Assembly (NCBI GenBank): GCA_013265495.1
Contig: MU057560.1
Location: 2,232,909-2,296,908 of the forward strand
Reading direction: 5' to 3'
DNA: 64,000 nt
Source: Vicugna vicugna
Taxonomy: Eukaryota
Part shown: positions 1 to 12,000 of the stretch, one piece after another
How the letters are laid out: the number at the start of each line of letters is the position of its first letter
How positions within the stretch are numbered: the stretch's first letter is position 1
Notes under the pieces: model-generated
Seen by the model: only the letters and a program-made list of their open reading frames with translations
Databases searched by the model: none
Told to the model about the DNA's origin: nothing
Program-made: the position numbers and the translations under genes

Positions 1-754
1 TTTAAAGAGCTCTCTCTTTTTCTTATTCTCTCATATGCCTAGTTCCTTTTTTTTTTTAATTTTAAACAATTCAATAGCTCTCTGGTCTGAGCGTATTTCT
101 TACACATAATTTTTCCCCATTTCTTTTACTATTTCCTCCAGATCCCTGTCCTCCTTTGTTTCTCGTCTCTGTTTCCTCTTCAGTTGTCTGTCCACGTTTA
201 ACCGTGAAGAGCTAAGTGGGTTGGAAGCTGTGCGTGTGGCAGGAGTTTGTCAGCCAGCTGATTTCCGCATCGGAAGGCGGGGCAGTGACAGATGTCAGCG
301 CCGGGGGCCCTTCCCTCGCTCAGTGATGCCCAGCAGACTCCTGTCGGGGCTTAACCCTGCTGCTACAGCTTTTCTGCTGGGGTGGGTCGGGGGGCGGGGA
401 GGGGCACAGATGGATGTGGGGAAGCAGCCGGGGGTCCACACTTTCCCCATGAAGTTTTAATTCATCCTTTTTCTTTTTTAATCACACTTGCCTCACCCCA
501 CTTTTAACTGTCCCCGGTGCCCCCAGCCCAGGCCCTGTGCTGTTAAATTTCTCTGGTGAGGGAGCCTCCAGTGTCTTGCTCCTGGGGGGTGGTCGGGAGA
601 GAGGCGTTACATGGCTGTGAGTATGGCCATCCACCTGCTGTATCTCTGGGTCTCAGCTCCCCCCACCCTGTTTCTGATCTCGCTCCTCATCCCTGTGGCC
701 CCCAGTCTAGCTCCCTGATGGGACCTGCCCCCGAGGCCTGACCTTCCTGTGGCT

Positions 755-1090
755 CTTGTCCTGGTCCCTGTCCCGGTCCCTGAACCTGTCCTGGTCCTGG
801 TCCTTGTCCCTGTCCTGGTCCCTGTCCCGGTCCCTGTCCCGGTCCTGGTCCCCGTCCTTGTCCTGGTCCCTGTCCTGGTCCCTGTCCTGGTCCTGGTCCC
901 TGTCCTTGTCCTGGTCCCTGTCCCGGTCCTGGTCCCTGTTCCTGTCCTGGTCCATGTCCTGGTCTGTGTCCCTGTTCTGGTCCCTGTCTCCGTCCTGGTC
1001 TCTGTCGCTCTCCCTGTCCCTTTCCTGGTCCTGGTCTTTGTCCTGGTCCCTGTCCCTGTCCTGGTCCTGGTCCTGGTGCCTGTCCTGGCC
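755..1090. repeat. Hexamer tandem array, 56 units, consensus C(C/T)(T/G)GTC
   Basis: Parsed unit by unit (ctggtc, cctgtc, ccggtc, cttgtc plus rare variants): 336 nt with no indel. All six frames are open, which explains the six overlapping ORFs in the track. Confidence 0.95.
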
Positions 1091-2763
1091 CCCTCTGCAG
1101 GAGCAGCCATGTACGGCATTGACGAGCCACGGCCCCTCCTCCATCCGCGCTGTTTCCTCGTGATCCGCCGATGGGCTTGCACGCCTTTACCGTCGAGATC
1201 CCACTTGCCCTGCTCTTGCCTGTTCATCCCCGTTTAGCTCCTTCATGGCTATTCTGTGGGGTCTCTGGGAATGGGAGACTCATGTGGCCAGCCTGTCCTG
1301 GTCACGATGCTTCTCACCGACGTTTGACTTGTGTCACGCCGTCATGTTCTAGGTCTTCCTGGGAAGCCCCTGGAGGCCCCTCCGGAGGAGGCAGGGAGAA
1401 AGTGGGCCCTTGTCCCGTCCCACCCGAGCAGGTGCCCAGTTCCTCAAGAGGTAAATCCCAGGGGTCACCTTCCAACTTCAGCTGGCAGGTGGGGCCACAG
1501 GGATGGGAGAGTCCTGACTTTGGCCGGTGTGTCTGCACCCTCAGCGCTGAGACCACCTGGGCCAGCCGGATGCCGGCATCTGCTGTCCCAGGACCTTGTG
1601 CGGATTCAGAGAGAGAGGTGCCCAACGCAGGTGACTCTCAGCCACTTCTGGCTTCAGCTCATCCTGTGGACCAGAGGGAGCAAGGCGCCTGTGTGCTACG
1701 TGGAGGGGAGAGGGTCTCAGGGGGCTGGGCCCCCCCAATTCCTTCTATATGTGAGCCCCTCCAAAGCAGAAGCTGTGTCGTTTCTCTTTTTGCATCAGTT
1801 TCTGCCTCTTCTTAGGAGGGTGGTGAGTGTGTGCAGAATTAGCCAAGCCATGGGGAAGGGGCTCTCTCTCCCCAGGGAGTCTGGCCTTCCTTCCACCTGG
1901 GCCAGGTGGTCACCGAGAGTCAGCCCACAGAGGGGTGGGATGGGGGCTCACCGTGGTGAGGGCCAGGGAGATGAGGGAGACCCCCGAGCAGGGCTGGAAA
2001 GCCTGTGCCCTGAGGTGCAGAGGACCATGGTCTCCCTTCCCTGGGGCCCAAGGGCCGCATGGGTATCTTCTCAGTGGCCCAGCCAAGTTATCTCCCGCAA
2101 CTTCTCAATTTGTTACAGAATTGCTATGGGAATGAGATTCCTTGGGGTGAAAAATGATGTTTATTCACCATGAAGGTTAAGAAAAACAGCCCTTGAAAGG
2201 GAATGAGCTTTTGTTGGAGGAATTTTTTTTCTTTAATGAACAAGATTATGTTTATACAATTGTGCATTTTGCGTGCACATTTTTCATAAAAGAAGAAGGA
2301 CTTTTCAGAGTAAAATGAAATCCTTTAATTAGAAGGCATTTGAAAAAGCAGAATAGGAAGTAATATCATGCTTCAGCTCTGCCTGTATCTCCTTGGAGGA
2401 CCTGGTGACACGTGCACAGAATGCTGGGTTTTCTACTGAAAATAGCCTTGTTGTCCAGGAGCTGCAGGGCACGTGGCTTTGAAAGAGTGTGGCCGTCAGG
2501 AGGCCCGGGTCAGGACAGACTCAGACATCTGTGTGCCCAAGCTGTCCAAGCCAGCGGGTCACCAGGTAGGACCCAGCGTTTCTACCCGGACCCGTGGTCA
2601 GCACAGTGGTCCCCGTCCGCACGCGGGGGATGTTTGGGATGATGATCAGGAGAACCCACCGCCCAGAGAAGGGGGCCAGGCCGAGGAATGATGCAACCCT
2701 GCTGATGGGTGGGGTGGGCTTGGGGGCAAGTGAAGCCCCCACGGGGGCAGTCACTCACCAGGT

Positions 2764-2965
2764 CAGTGGTTCTCAACCAGGGGCGATTTTGTCCCTTGGT
2801 GGCATCTGCAGACGTTTTTGGTCGTCATGGCTGCAGAGGGTGCTGCTGGCATCAGGTGGGTACAGGCCAGGGATGCGCCTAAGCGTCCTGCAGGGTGAGG
2901 GACGGCCCTGCACAGGGAATCATTGCGTCTGAACTGCCGCCAAGGCCGCTGTCGGGAAAACTCAG
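2764..2965 (+). mobile_element. MER20-like hAT-Charlie DNA transposon remnant
   Basis: Starts cagtggttctcaaccaggggcgattttg and contains gctggcatcaggtgggtacaggccagggatgc, matching the MER20 consensus as I recall it. Confidence 0.85.
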
Positions 2966-2984
2966 CAAAGCCCAGAAACCCCCA

Positions 2985-3330
2985 AGCGCGGTCCAGCGTC
3001 TGTGCTGGGAGCTTCTGGCTGATGAAGAAAGCACGGTGCCCCTGCCCGCGGCTGACCTGGGAACACCTGAGGGCCGAGCGCGCGCCTCCCTCGCGCTGCT
3101 GGCCTGGCAGCGCGCTGGGTCCGCGTGCGCACGGAGGGGCGGCCGCCGGCAGGACCCCCGCGTGGCAGGCACCACCCACCTCGGCGCGCCTTTCTCGGCA
3201 GCCCGCGGGCAGCGCAGACCAGGCGGGCAGCCGGATCAGGGAGAGGCCGGCCTCCCTGCCCACTGTCCGCGATGGAGGCTGGATTGCTGGACAGACGGCC
3301 TCACCCCAGCCCACCTCTGCGTGAGCCAGC
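2985..3330. promoter_or_regulatory. Small CpG-island-like patch
   Basis: Dense CpG (gagcgcgcgcc, ccgcgtgcgcacgg, ggggcggccgccgg), including a GC box and an NRF1-like gcgtgcgca. Not quantified. Confidence 0.5.
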
Positions 3331-4530
3331 CTTCAGCTCCCGTTGCTCACCTCCCACGCCTCGTTCTTGTTTTAAAGGCAGGAAATAGGAAAATACCCTG
3401 AGAAAGGGTGACATGGAAACTCCTATTAACCTTTCGTCCCGTTGGGTGAACGAGGCTATTGATCCCAGGCCGTATTGATCGTTGGCTGAAACCGAGAAGG
3501 TTTCCGTATTGATCATTGGCTGAAAGGCCCTAAAGGTTGGACAGAAAATTGCTGGTGAGTGCGGGGCAGGCTCGGCTGAGAGGAGTTGGAGGGGGCCTTG
3601 AGGATCCAGGGAGCAGTGAGGACTGCGGGCAGGGGCAGCTGACAGCAGGCGTGAGGGCCACATGGCCCCTCATGTTTGGGGTGATTCTGGGCCCCTGCAG
3701 GGCAGGGGGAACCGCAGGAGCTTCCCAGGGCGGGCTGAGTATAACTGGAGTGTGTGTGTGGTCCTCGCGCCTGGGTCTCGGCCCGGCAGAGACAGGCGCT
3801 CTCCATCACCGTGACTTCACTGATGATGCCCGGGGAGCAGCAGGCGTGGCCTGGGGCTGGACCAGAAACCTCTCAGGGTCCATCTTCCTCTGGAAGTCCA
3901 CCATTCTAGAAAACCGAGAATTCAAGATGGGCGCCGAAGATTCTTGACTCTATTGCTAGTGACCTTCGCGTGTTTTCCGGACCTAAGCTCTCTGCACAAC
4001 TCCCACTGCTGTTCCTCGCATCCAGGCCACCGCTGTCTCTTGTCTGGACACGGCCCTGGCCCCAGGTGGCCCCCGGGGGTTCTCCACTCGCACCCTTTCC
4101 CAGGCTGCTCCCCAGAGCATTAGGTGCAGAGCTCCCTCTCCCAGGCTGCTCTCCAGCAGGGAGGGGACTTTCTTTCATGTGTCCTCCTCTTCTCCCGAGT
4201 CTTGCTTTTCCGGATGATGGGGGATCCGAGAACAAAATGGCAGGAAGTTGTGTCGCGTGGCTGAGCCTGCTCTGTGGTCTGTGGTCAGTGTCCTTAGTCA
4301 TTGCTGGAGTCGGGGAGGCGTCAGGGCTGCTCCAGCCACACTCACATCGTCAGGGCTTCCAGGACAGGAGCCGACCCCTCAGTACATGCAGGGACAGCCG
4401 TCTTGTCTGGGACCTCTCCACCGTGCTCCGTGCTGCTGGCCTGGCTGGGGTTCAGCCAGCATCCAGGAGGGAGAGAAGAGCCAGTCACCCCTCCTGCAGG
4501 TGTCCCCAGTCCCCCCAAAATTGTGTTTCC

Positions 4531-4688
4531 AAAGCAATTTTGAAAAGCAAGAACAAGAGGAAGGAGTTGCTCTTTCTGTACAGCTGTAGTCATCAAGACA
4601 GTGTGTATTGGCAGAGGAGCAGACGCAGATCAATAAAACAGATGAGAGAAGTCAGAAGTGGACCCAGAAACACGCACAATTGATTTTT
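4531..4688 (+). mobile_element. Old L1 ORF2 fragment (left part of an interrupted element)
   Basis: Decayed KAILK..KNK / KTVxYWQR / DP..xQLIF segment of L1 ORF2; it resumes at 6870. Confidence 0.8.
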
Positions 4689-6869
4689 ATTTTACTTTTG
4701 AGGTCAAATTCGCGTAACAGAAATTGTTACCATTTTCAAGTGGACCATTCAATGGCATTAGGTACACTGAAAATGCAATATCCACCTCCATCTATTTCCA
4801 AAACTTTTCATCATCCCAACATAAACGTTTCCTCTTCCCCCTGGCCCCTGGCAGCCATCAGTTTGCTTTCTGTCTCCATGGATTTACCTATTCTAGATAT
4901 TTTATGTAAATGGAATCATGCAGTGTGTGGCCTTTATGTCTGACCTCCTACACAGCACAGCGTTTTTGAGGTTCACCCACATTGTAGCATATGTCAGAAC
5001 TTTATTCCTTTTCAGAGCTGAATAACGTTCCACTCTATGGATATACCACAGTCTGCTTATTCCTTCATCTACTGTTTGACATTTCGATTGTTCCCACCCT
5101 TTGACTATTGTGAGTAGTGTTGCTATAAACATTCTTGGAGGAGTTTTTGTTTGAATACTTGTTTTTAATTCTTTTGTGTGTGTACCTTGGAGTTGAATTG
5201 CTTGGTCATCTGAAAATACTGTGTTTTACTTTTTGTGGAACAGTTTGGCATCATTTACAACCAGCAATGTGTGAACGTTCCAACTTATTCAACTCCTTGC
5301 CAATAATGATTTTCCGTATTTTTGATTACAGCCGTCTTTGTGGGTGTGCGGTGGTATCCTGCTGTGGTTTGGATGCTGAGCGTGTCTTCACGTGTGCCCT
5401 TTGTGTGCACGTTGGTAATGCTTGATGGCGTCTCATTCATCTCTTAGGCACTGTTGCTTTTCTTTCATTTGTTTTTCTTTCTACTCCTCAGACTGGATCA
5501 TGTCCACTAACCAGTCTTCAAGTTTGCTGTGTCTTTCTTCCGCCTGTACATATGTGCACATTGATTATTGTACTTTTTACCATTAGAATTTCTGTTTGAC
5601 TCCTTTTTACAATTTATATATTTTTATTGATTGTCTCGATTTGATAAGACATCACTTTTCTGGTTTCCTTTAACTCTTTGCCCGTGGTTTTATTTAGGTC
5701 TCTTAACTCATGGAAGACAGTGGACTTACAGTCTTTGTCCAGTAACTGTGATGCCTTGTAGGGAACATTTTCTGTTAATTTCCGATTTTCCTGTGAATGG
5801 CTGTACTTTCTTGTTTCTTTGCAAAATATTCATGCTTTTTTTGTTTTTGAAAACTGGAAGTTTAGTATATTATAAGATGGCAGCTTTGGAAGTGACACCC
5901 CCACCCCCACCAGGGTTTATTGCTGCTCTTCTTTGCACTGTTTGATTCAGTGACTTTTCCTAGATGTTTTTGTGAAGACTGTATTCTTTGTCACGCGTGG
6001 TCACAGAAGTCTCTGTTCCATTGTGTTAGCGATCTGTGAGTAATTTGGCGGAGACGTTTGTTCTCAAATGCCTGGAGCCAAAACACACCAACCAAACCCC
6101 TCCCAGGCTCTGCCGGGGGGCTCGCGTCGGAGCGCCCCCCCGGCGCTCAGTGAGGGCGCTTGCGGCTGTGCCGGAGCCTCCACTCCTCTCCTCACAGAGC
6201 CTGCGTGCCAGGCCGGGGCCGCTGCTTAGGTCCTCTCGGGTTTTTATGAGCGCGTGTCCAGCCCTGTCTGTTTGCGGGCTTCTGGTTTCCCTGGTTTACG
6301 CAGGAGCTTTTCACAGCCCCTACTGCCCGGACCGTCTCCTCCCCCAGCCTCTTCTGGGAAGGAAGGTGTGTCTGCTGCTTTCATGGCGTTCCTCCCTTGC
6401 TGCAGGTGGCTGCAGAAACGAGGTATTACGTGAGCCTTTAAATACTCAGACAAATAGCCCCAGGGAGCTGGGTCGCCCCGGGAGAGGCCCCAGGCAGTGG
6501 AACAAAGGCGAGCCCGTGAGTCAGTCCTCAGGGAGCCACCGGGAAGGTGAAATGCCCCGGCTCCTTGAGAGCGATGCCCACGCTGCCCTCGCTGACACCA
6601 GCCGGTGCGCCAGCAACACGGCTGCCACCTGCCCGGCCCTGCTGAGCTGGGGGAGGTGGGATGGAAGCAGGTGAGGTGAAACATCACAACACTCTCTTAT
6701 GGAAAGTCAGCAACTTCTTTATTAAGAAGGACGTTTCTCCTGGGTGTTGTAAGGTTTTGATTAGATTCCAGAATTCCAAACTAGTCAACCTGCCTGGTTT
6801 TGCCAGTTTAATCATTGCTTTAGTGGAGGGGTGGGGTTTGGGATTTCCCTCTGCTGCCGTTTTCGGTGG
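4689..6869 (-). mobile_element. Antisense L1 (L1M-type) with 3' end and 5' UTR/ORF1-start, internally deleted, nested in another L1
   Basis: 4689-5400 is an L1 3' UTR and ORF2 tail (track ORF 4902..5132 MFIATLLTIVKGWEQSKC.. is the ORF2 C-terminus). 5425-6869 resembles an L1M 5' end. Flanked by caattgattttt (4677-4688) and caactggttttt (6870-6881). Confidence 0.7.
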
Positions 6870-7271
6870 CAACTGGTTTTTGACGAAGGTGCAGAAGCGA
6901 CTCAGTGCAGGGAGGACAGCCTTTAAATAAGCGGCCACAGGACAGCCGGACATCTGTGTGTAAAGAAAAAAAGGAAATCTGACCAAAACCTCCACAGTGC
7001 AAAAGTTAACACAAAATGGATCACCATCTTAAATGTAAGACTATTACATTTTTAGACAAAACTAGAAAACTTCCGGACCTAAGGCTAGGTGAAGAGTTTT
7101 TAGATGACACAAAAAGCATGAACCACAAAGGAAAAAAGGATAAACTAGACTTTGTCAAAATTAAAAATTTTCCTTTTAGGAAAATGAAAATGACAGACAG
7201 GAAGAAAATATTTGCAAACCACTTATCTGAAAAGGACTTGCATCTGGAGTGTAGACGCGGCAGTTTAAAAA

Positions 7272-7310
<39 letters not shown>

Positions 7311-7640
7311 AGTCCACCTAGAAAGTGGGCAAGAGCCAGGAGCAGACATTTCACCAAAGAGGCTGAGCGGACAGCAAACAAGTTCACGAGAGGAAGTCCA
7401 GCCCCATCAGCCATTGAGGAACGCGAGTGAGCCCACGGCGAGGTTCACTGCACGCCTGTCACAACGTGCGAAATAAAAAGCTGACAGCGCCGACCCCGGT
7501 CAGGGGTCCCGCCATCCTGCTGGGAATGTAAATGTGGCGGCCGCTCCGGGAAGCAGTTCCGGTAAAAAGCTAAACGCGCTGCTGACTACCGTAGAACCGA
7601 CCGATTTCCTGTGGTTCTTTCCCGAAGAAAACTTTCCTTA
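6870..7640 (+). mobile_element. Old L1 ORF2 fragment (right part of the interrupted element)
   Basis: QLxFDxGA..DSL..; track ORF 7016..7321 has DKLDFVKIKNF and KKIFANHLSEK, typical of L1 ORF2; frameshifted. Confidence 0.85.
7273..7311. repeat. (CCA)2(CCG)8(CCA)3 trinucleotide microsatellite
   Basis: Counted directly. Confidence 0.95.
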
Positions 7641-8796
7641 TGTTAAAAATATTTCATCAAAAAAATGTAACCTACAGCACGCTCCGTGCCTCGCTTGTCT
7701 TTTTTCCTACATTGAACATCCTGACGGCTTTCCCACCCAGGCCCTCCCGCTTCCCTCCCTTCTAGCGACGGCCGACGTCCCCGTCCGGGTGGACGTGGCT
7801 TGTTTCTCTGTCCTCTGTGGACACTGCAGTTGTCTTAGTGTTTTGCTGCCTCAGAGGAAGTTGCCGTGACTGTCCTTCTTTTCCCACACATAATTTGGGG
7901 AACATTTCTGAGGACACGCCGAGGATAACAGCTAGCAATGGACGTGCAGATCCAATTCTTTTCATTTTAATTTTCCTTTAATTTTTTAAAGAAAAAGTAA
8001 ATCATGCTCAAAGCTAAAAAAACCAATTTGATAGTCAAAGAGTAGAAAGTAAATCCCCTTCCTTTACAGGCCCCGGGCCCTGTCTCCTCCCGAAGAAGTC
8101 GTTTTTATTTCTGTTTCCACACCTTAAAGTTCCTGATAACGTGGTCACGTGCCTAACACGCTGACCTTGATAAATGATTCTTGTTTGTTTAGATATGTGG
8201 AGTTTATGAGTATAAAAAAAATGAACAAGAAAAATACCCAAATGGAGGGTTTTCATCCCCGATCTGGCTCCTGCAGAATTACCCGGGGATCTGACAAAAG
8301 TGAGTTGAAACAACCCTTGCTTCTCGCGCCTGAGCTGCCTGCCCCCTGTCCCAGGAGTCTCGGGGACCTGCGCCCGAAGGAGGTCCGGACTGAGTCCTCG
8401 GCCCTCAATTCCACAGGCCAGTGTGCTGGGGCCGAACGGCCTCGTGGCTCTGGGGAAGGCCCTGGCCACCCAGGGGCGTGCGGCGTGTGCAGGAGCCTCG
8501 TTAGCGTGATGGCTTGGGGTCTGGGCCAGCGCAGGAGCGACACCTTGTAGCAACAAAGGATTCCTGATAGCCTGACCCAGAGGAGGTACCTGGGAGAACT
8601 AGGGACAGCATATTGACTAGACATCATTTACCTGGGGGAGAAGCCCTGCCTTATTCACAGCTCCTCCTCTCTGGGTGGGGGTCTTGGGGGAGGAGGGGGC
8701 AGGTCGGGAGAGAAAGGGAGACGGGGTCCTGGAGCTGGTTTGCCACATGCGTGTTGGAGCTGCAGACCCATCACCTCATTTGCTTGTGGTGGTGGC

Positions 8797-9002
8797 TTTT
8801 AATTGAAGCATAGTTGGTTTACGATGTTGTGTGCAGCACAGCGAGTCAGTTGTTAACGTGCACACACGTGGTCTGTTTCGGATTCTTCTTCATCATCGGC
8901 TGTTACAGGTGCTGTGTAGTTCCCCGTGCTCCGCAGCAGGCCCTTGTTGCTCACCTGTTCTGTGTAGAGGAGTGTGTGTCCCCCAGGCCCACACCCCTGA
9001 CT
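8797..9002 (-). mobile_element. L1 3' end fragment (artiodactyl-type 3' UTR)
   Basis: ttttaattgaagcatagttggtttac...tagttccccgtgct; homologous to the copies at 39691, 48301 and 49836. Confidence 0.75.
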
Positions 9003-12000
9003 GTGGCCCCCTCTCCAGGGTAGGTGTGACCTCTGTGTTTACAAGGGGAGCAGGGAGATGCCTGGAGACAAGGAGACAGGCCAGACGCTCGTCACGGGGA
9101 TCACTGCCAGGTGTCCGTGTGCCGGCTGTAGAAGGCCGGGACAGGAGACCACCGTGAAGAGTTTTCCAGAAGAACAGCTCTACCAGAGGTCTGGGCCTGT
9201 AAGAGTGTGTTCCTGCCCCCCACAACTGCCAGCTCCGCGAGCCTCTGCTGGGGGCCTGGCCTTCCCTGGGCAAACTCTGGGCTCCGTCAGGGCACCTGGG
9301 GAGAGGGGGCTCCATCTAACTTGGGAGACCCGCTGCCGGAGGCCTGGGCTGTGCCGAGAACACACAGAGGTCGGGGGGTTAACCAAGGGCGTCCGGGCAG
9401 CCTGAGTTTGCCCCCTCCCAGGACGTCGGGTCCCCAGGACCAGGGGCTAGTCTCACTCCAGTCCCAGCTCGGGAGGGCGGCTTGTGCCCTGAGCGGAGAC
9501 CACTGCTTATTTGGCGATAAGCGCATGGTCCTTTCAGAAAACCTCCAGGCGGGGGAGGGGGGAGGGGTGTTGGCCCCAAGGAGCCCTGAGGCCACCGGGG
9601 GCACAGTTCTGTTTCTCCTCCTCTCCCTGCTACGGCTCTGGGCAGAGTGGGGCTCCTCGGAGTGCTCAGCCTTGGCCAGGGCCCAGCCTGCGCAGACGAG
9701 GAGGGGGCCCTGAGTGCGGGAGGCTGGGAAGGACTGATTGCTGGGGTGGGGGGACAGCATGCAGGGCATGCCGCCGGCAGCCCTCCCCGCCCTGGCCAGC
9801 GTGCTCGGGGCCCCTGGCCTTGCTCTGCAAGCCTCTCCCGTCCTGAACAACTGGTATTTCTTCTGCGGGCTCCGGGAAATAGCCTTTGTTCCTCCCGGCC
9901 CTGGAAAAGTGGCCTTAATCCAAAGTGATTACCTTGCCACCCGCTCAGATTTATTCTTCGGTGATGGCCTGTCCTCGCGGCCGGGAGCTGGGGCTCGCAT
10001 TACCGGCCTGTCACAGAGGGCCATCTGTCTTTGCACTCCCGGGCAGGCAATGACATCCAGGGCTCTTTGTCCTCTGCAGCCTTTGTGAGTGAGCGAGTGA
10101 CACTGGCCTCAGTGCTTCATTTCCACCCGCAGTTACAGGGCAAGGGGTTTGACAGAGGAGCCCGGGCAGGAAGAAGTCGCTCTCCATGGAGGGCTCGGGG
10201 GCCCACATCTGTCTTCTCTTCTGGCCACAAGAGTGGCCCTGCGCCCGGGGCCACCCGAGATGTACCTGCTCGGTCTGAACAAGGACACACACGGCCTCCT
10301 CTGCGCTCTGACCTGAATCCATTGTCATTCTTGGCTGACAAAGGATGTGCCGCGGCCGGCCGTTCTCTGCCGCGTGGGGCACTGGCGTGGCCGGGAGGGG
10401 GCTCCCCCCTGCCCGAGAGCCTCGCTCCGGCCGCGTGTCCCGTACGGGACCTGGGGGACTCTCTCCCCTCCTGTCTCCTTTGTCTGCAAGGGACGGTGAT
10501 GCTGCTTTAAAGCTGGTCTGCGAGGCTTTAGGTCTTGCTTTTCTGTCCAGGGTGTCGGCCCCCTGCCCCACCGACGCCCCCCTTCTTCCTGGCCGCCCCA
10601 TCATTTCCCCTCTGTTGGCATTTATTTCAGGCAGAAGACAGGAAATGAAATGACTCCATTTCACTGGGACGAGGCGTTGACTGGAAGGCCTGTGTAGCCA
10701 TCCCAAAGCGTCCCACCTGTTTTGAGCAGTGGGGGGAATGTCCCTGGTCTTTGTGCCTCTATTCGACACAAGGCTTTTGTTGTTTTGCACTCTATAAAAA
10801 ATAACATTTCAGATTAACTGCAGTGTGGCTGTCACTCAGCTTTTAATTGCTTGAAATTAGGACGTGATTTGCATAGGACGTGATTTGCCAGTTATCTGTG
10901 CTGAACGAGGGGCCCCTCCTGGCTGTGTCGGGGGAAGGAGCAGGGCTGCCCACGACCGCGGTGGGGAGCGTCCCCAGGCCACTGCGATTCAGCTCCACGC
11001 TGTGTTCCATCCTTCTGCGGAGGGCAAGCACGCTGCTCAGTCTAGAAATTCCCTTCCCGGAAGGAGGCGGCACGATGCAGACTTGATCCAGGAGAAGCTG
11101 GGAGCTGCCCCCGCCCCTTCCAGCCCCATGGCAGCCATGGAGCTGACCTGCCCTGCGCGGTGGACCATGAGCGCCTTCCCGGGGCAGGAGGAGAGCCACT
11201 ATTTAAATCTTACAGTCATGGACTCTGGATGCTGATTTCCTCAGCCACGTTCTCCCTCTCCTCACTTATGAAATGAGGGAAGGAATTGAGTTCTGCCCAC
11301 CAGGTGAATGAACGGAAACTCTAGAGTGTGACTCACACCACATGCCGCGGGCTGGGTCCACATCTGTCTGGCTCCCAGTCTAATTCTGAACTGACAACGG
11401 CTTGCAGTCTCCCCAGGTTCGTCGACCAAACGGCTGCTCCCAGAAACTCCACTCCCGGGACGTCTGGGTCTGAGCAGACGGCCTTCAGGAACCACCGTCC
11501 AGACTGGGCTGTTCTTGGGGCCAGTAGAGACGGTGCCTCCGTCTTACAGACACAGGTGACAAGAGGGTACCCTGGGACGTTGGTTACCCCTCGGGGAAAG
11601 TGCTCCGAGGAGCAGAGGCTTCTGGAAAACATCACTGGCCGGTTCACCTGCCCCAGCAATGCTGGGGGCGTCCGTCAGGTACCAGGTGCTACTGGAGGTC
11701 CTGGAGCTGCAGCACGGAAGGGGACCGGGTCCCCGCCTTCGTGAAGCTTGCAAGCCAGGGCACGGAGCCGCCGAGAAATACCTCCGTGTGTAAGTGAGTG
11801 GGATCTGGGCGTCAGCCCTCGTTTGTGTTCAGCGTCCTGGGTGAGCCTGAGGGGCCGCCTGGTGGAGACCGTAGCTGACCCGCAGGCGGGAGGGTCTGGG
11901 CCCTGGGTTTCTGGTGCCCGTAAGCCTGGGAGCCGTGCCAAAGGGCGTGGTGACCCCACGTAGCCCGCACCCATCGGCCGAGTCCCCCGAGGCCGCCCCA

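Noticed and set aside
749..1237. Hydrophobic VLVPV-repeat membrane protein
   Set aside because: One of six open frames through the hexamer array; no independent support.
7016..7321. Functional protein with poly-Arg tail
   Set aside because: Frameshifted L1 ORF2 remnant running into the CCG repeat.
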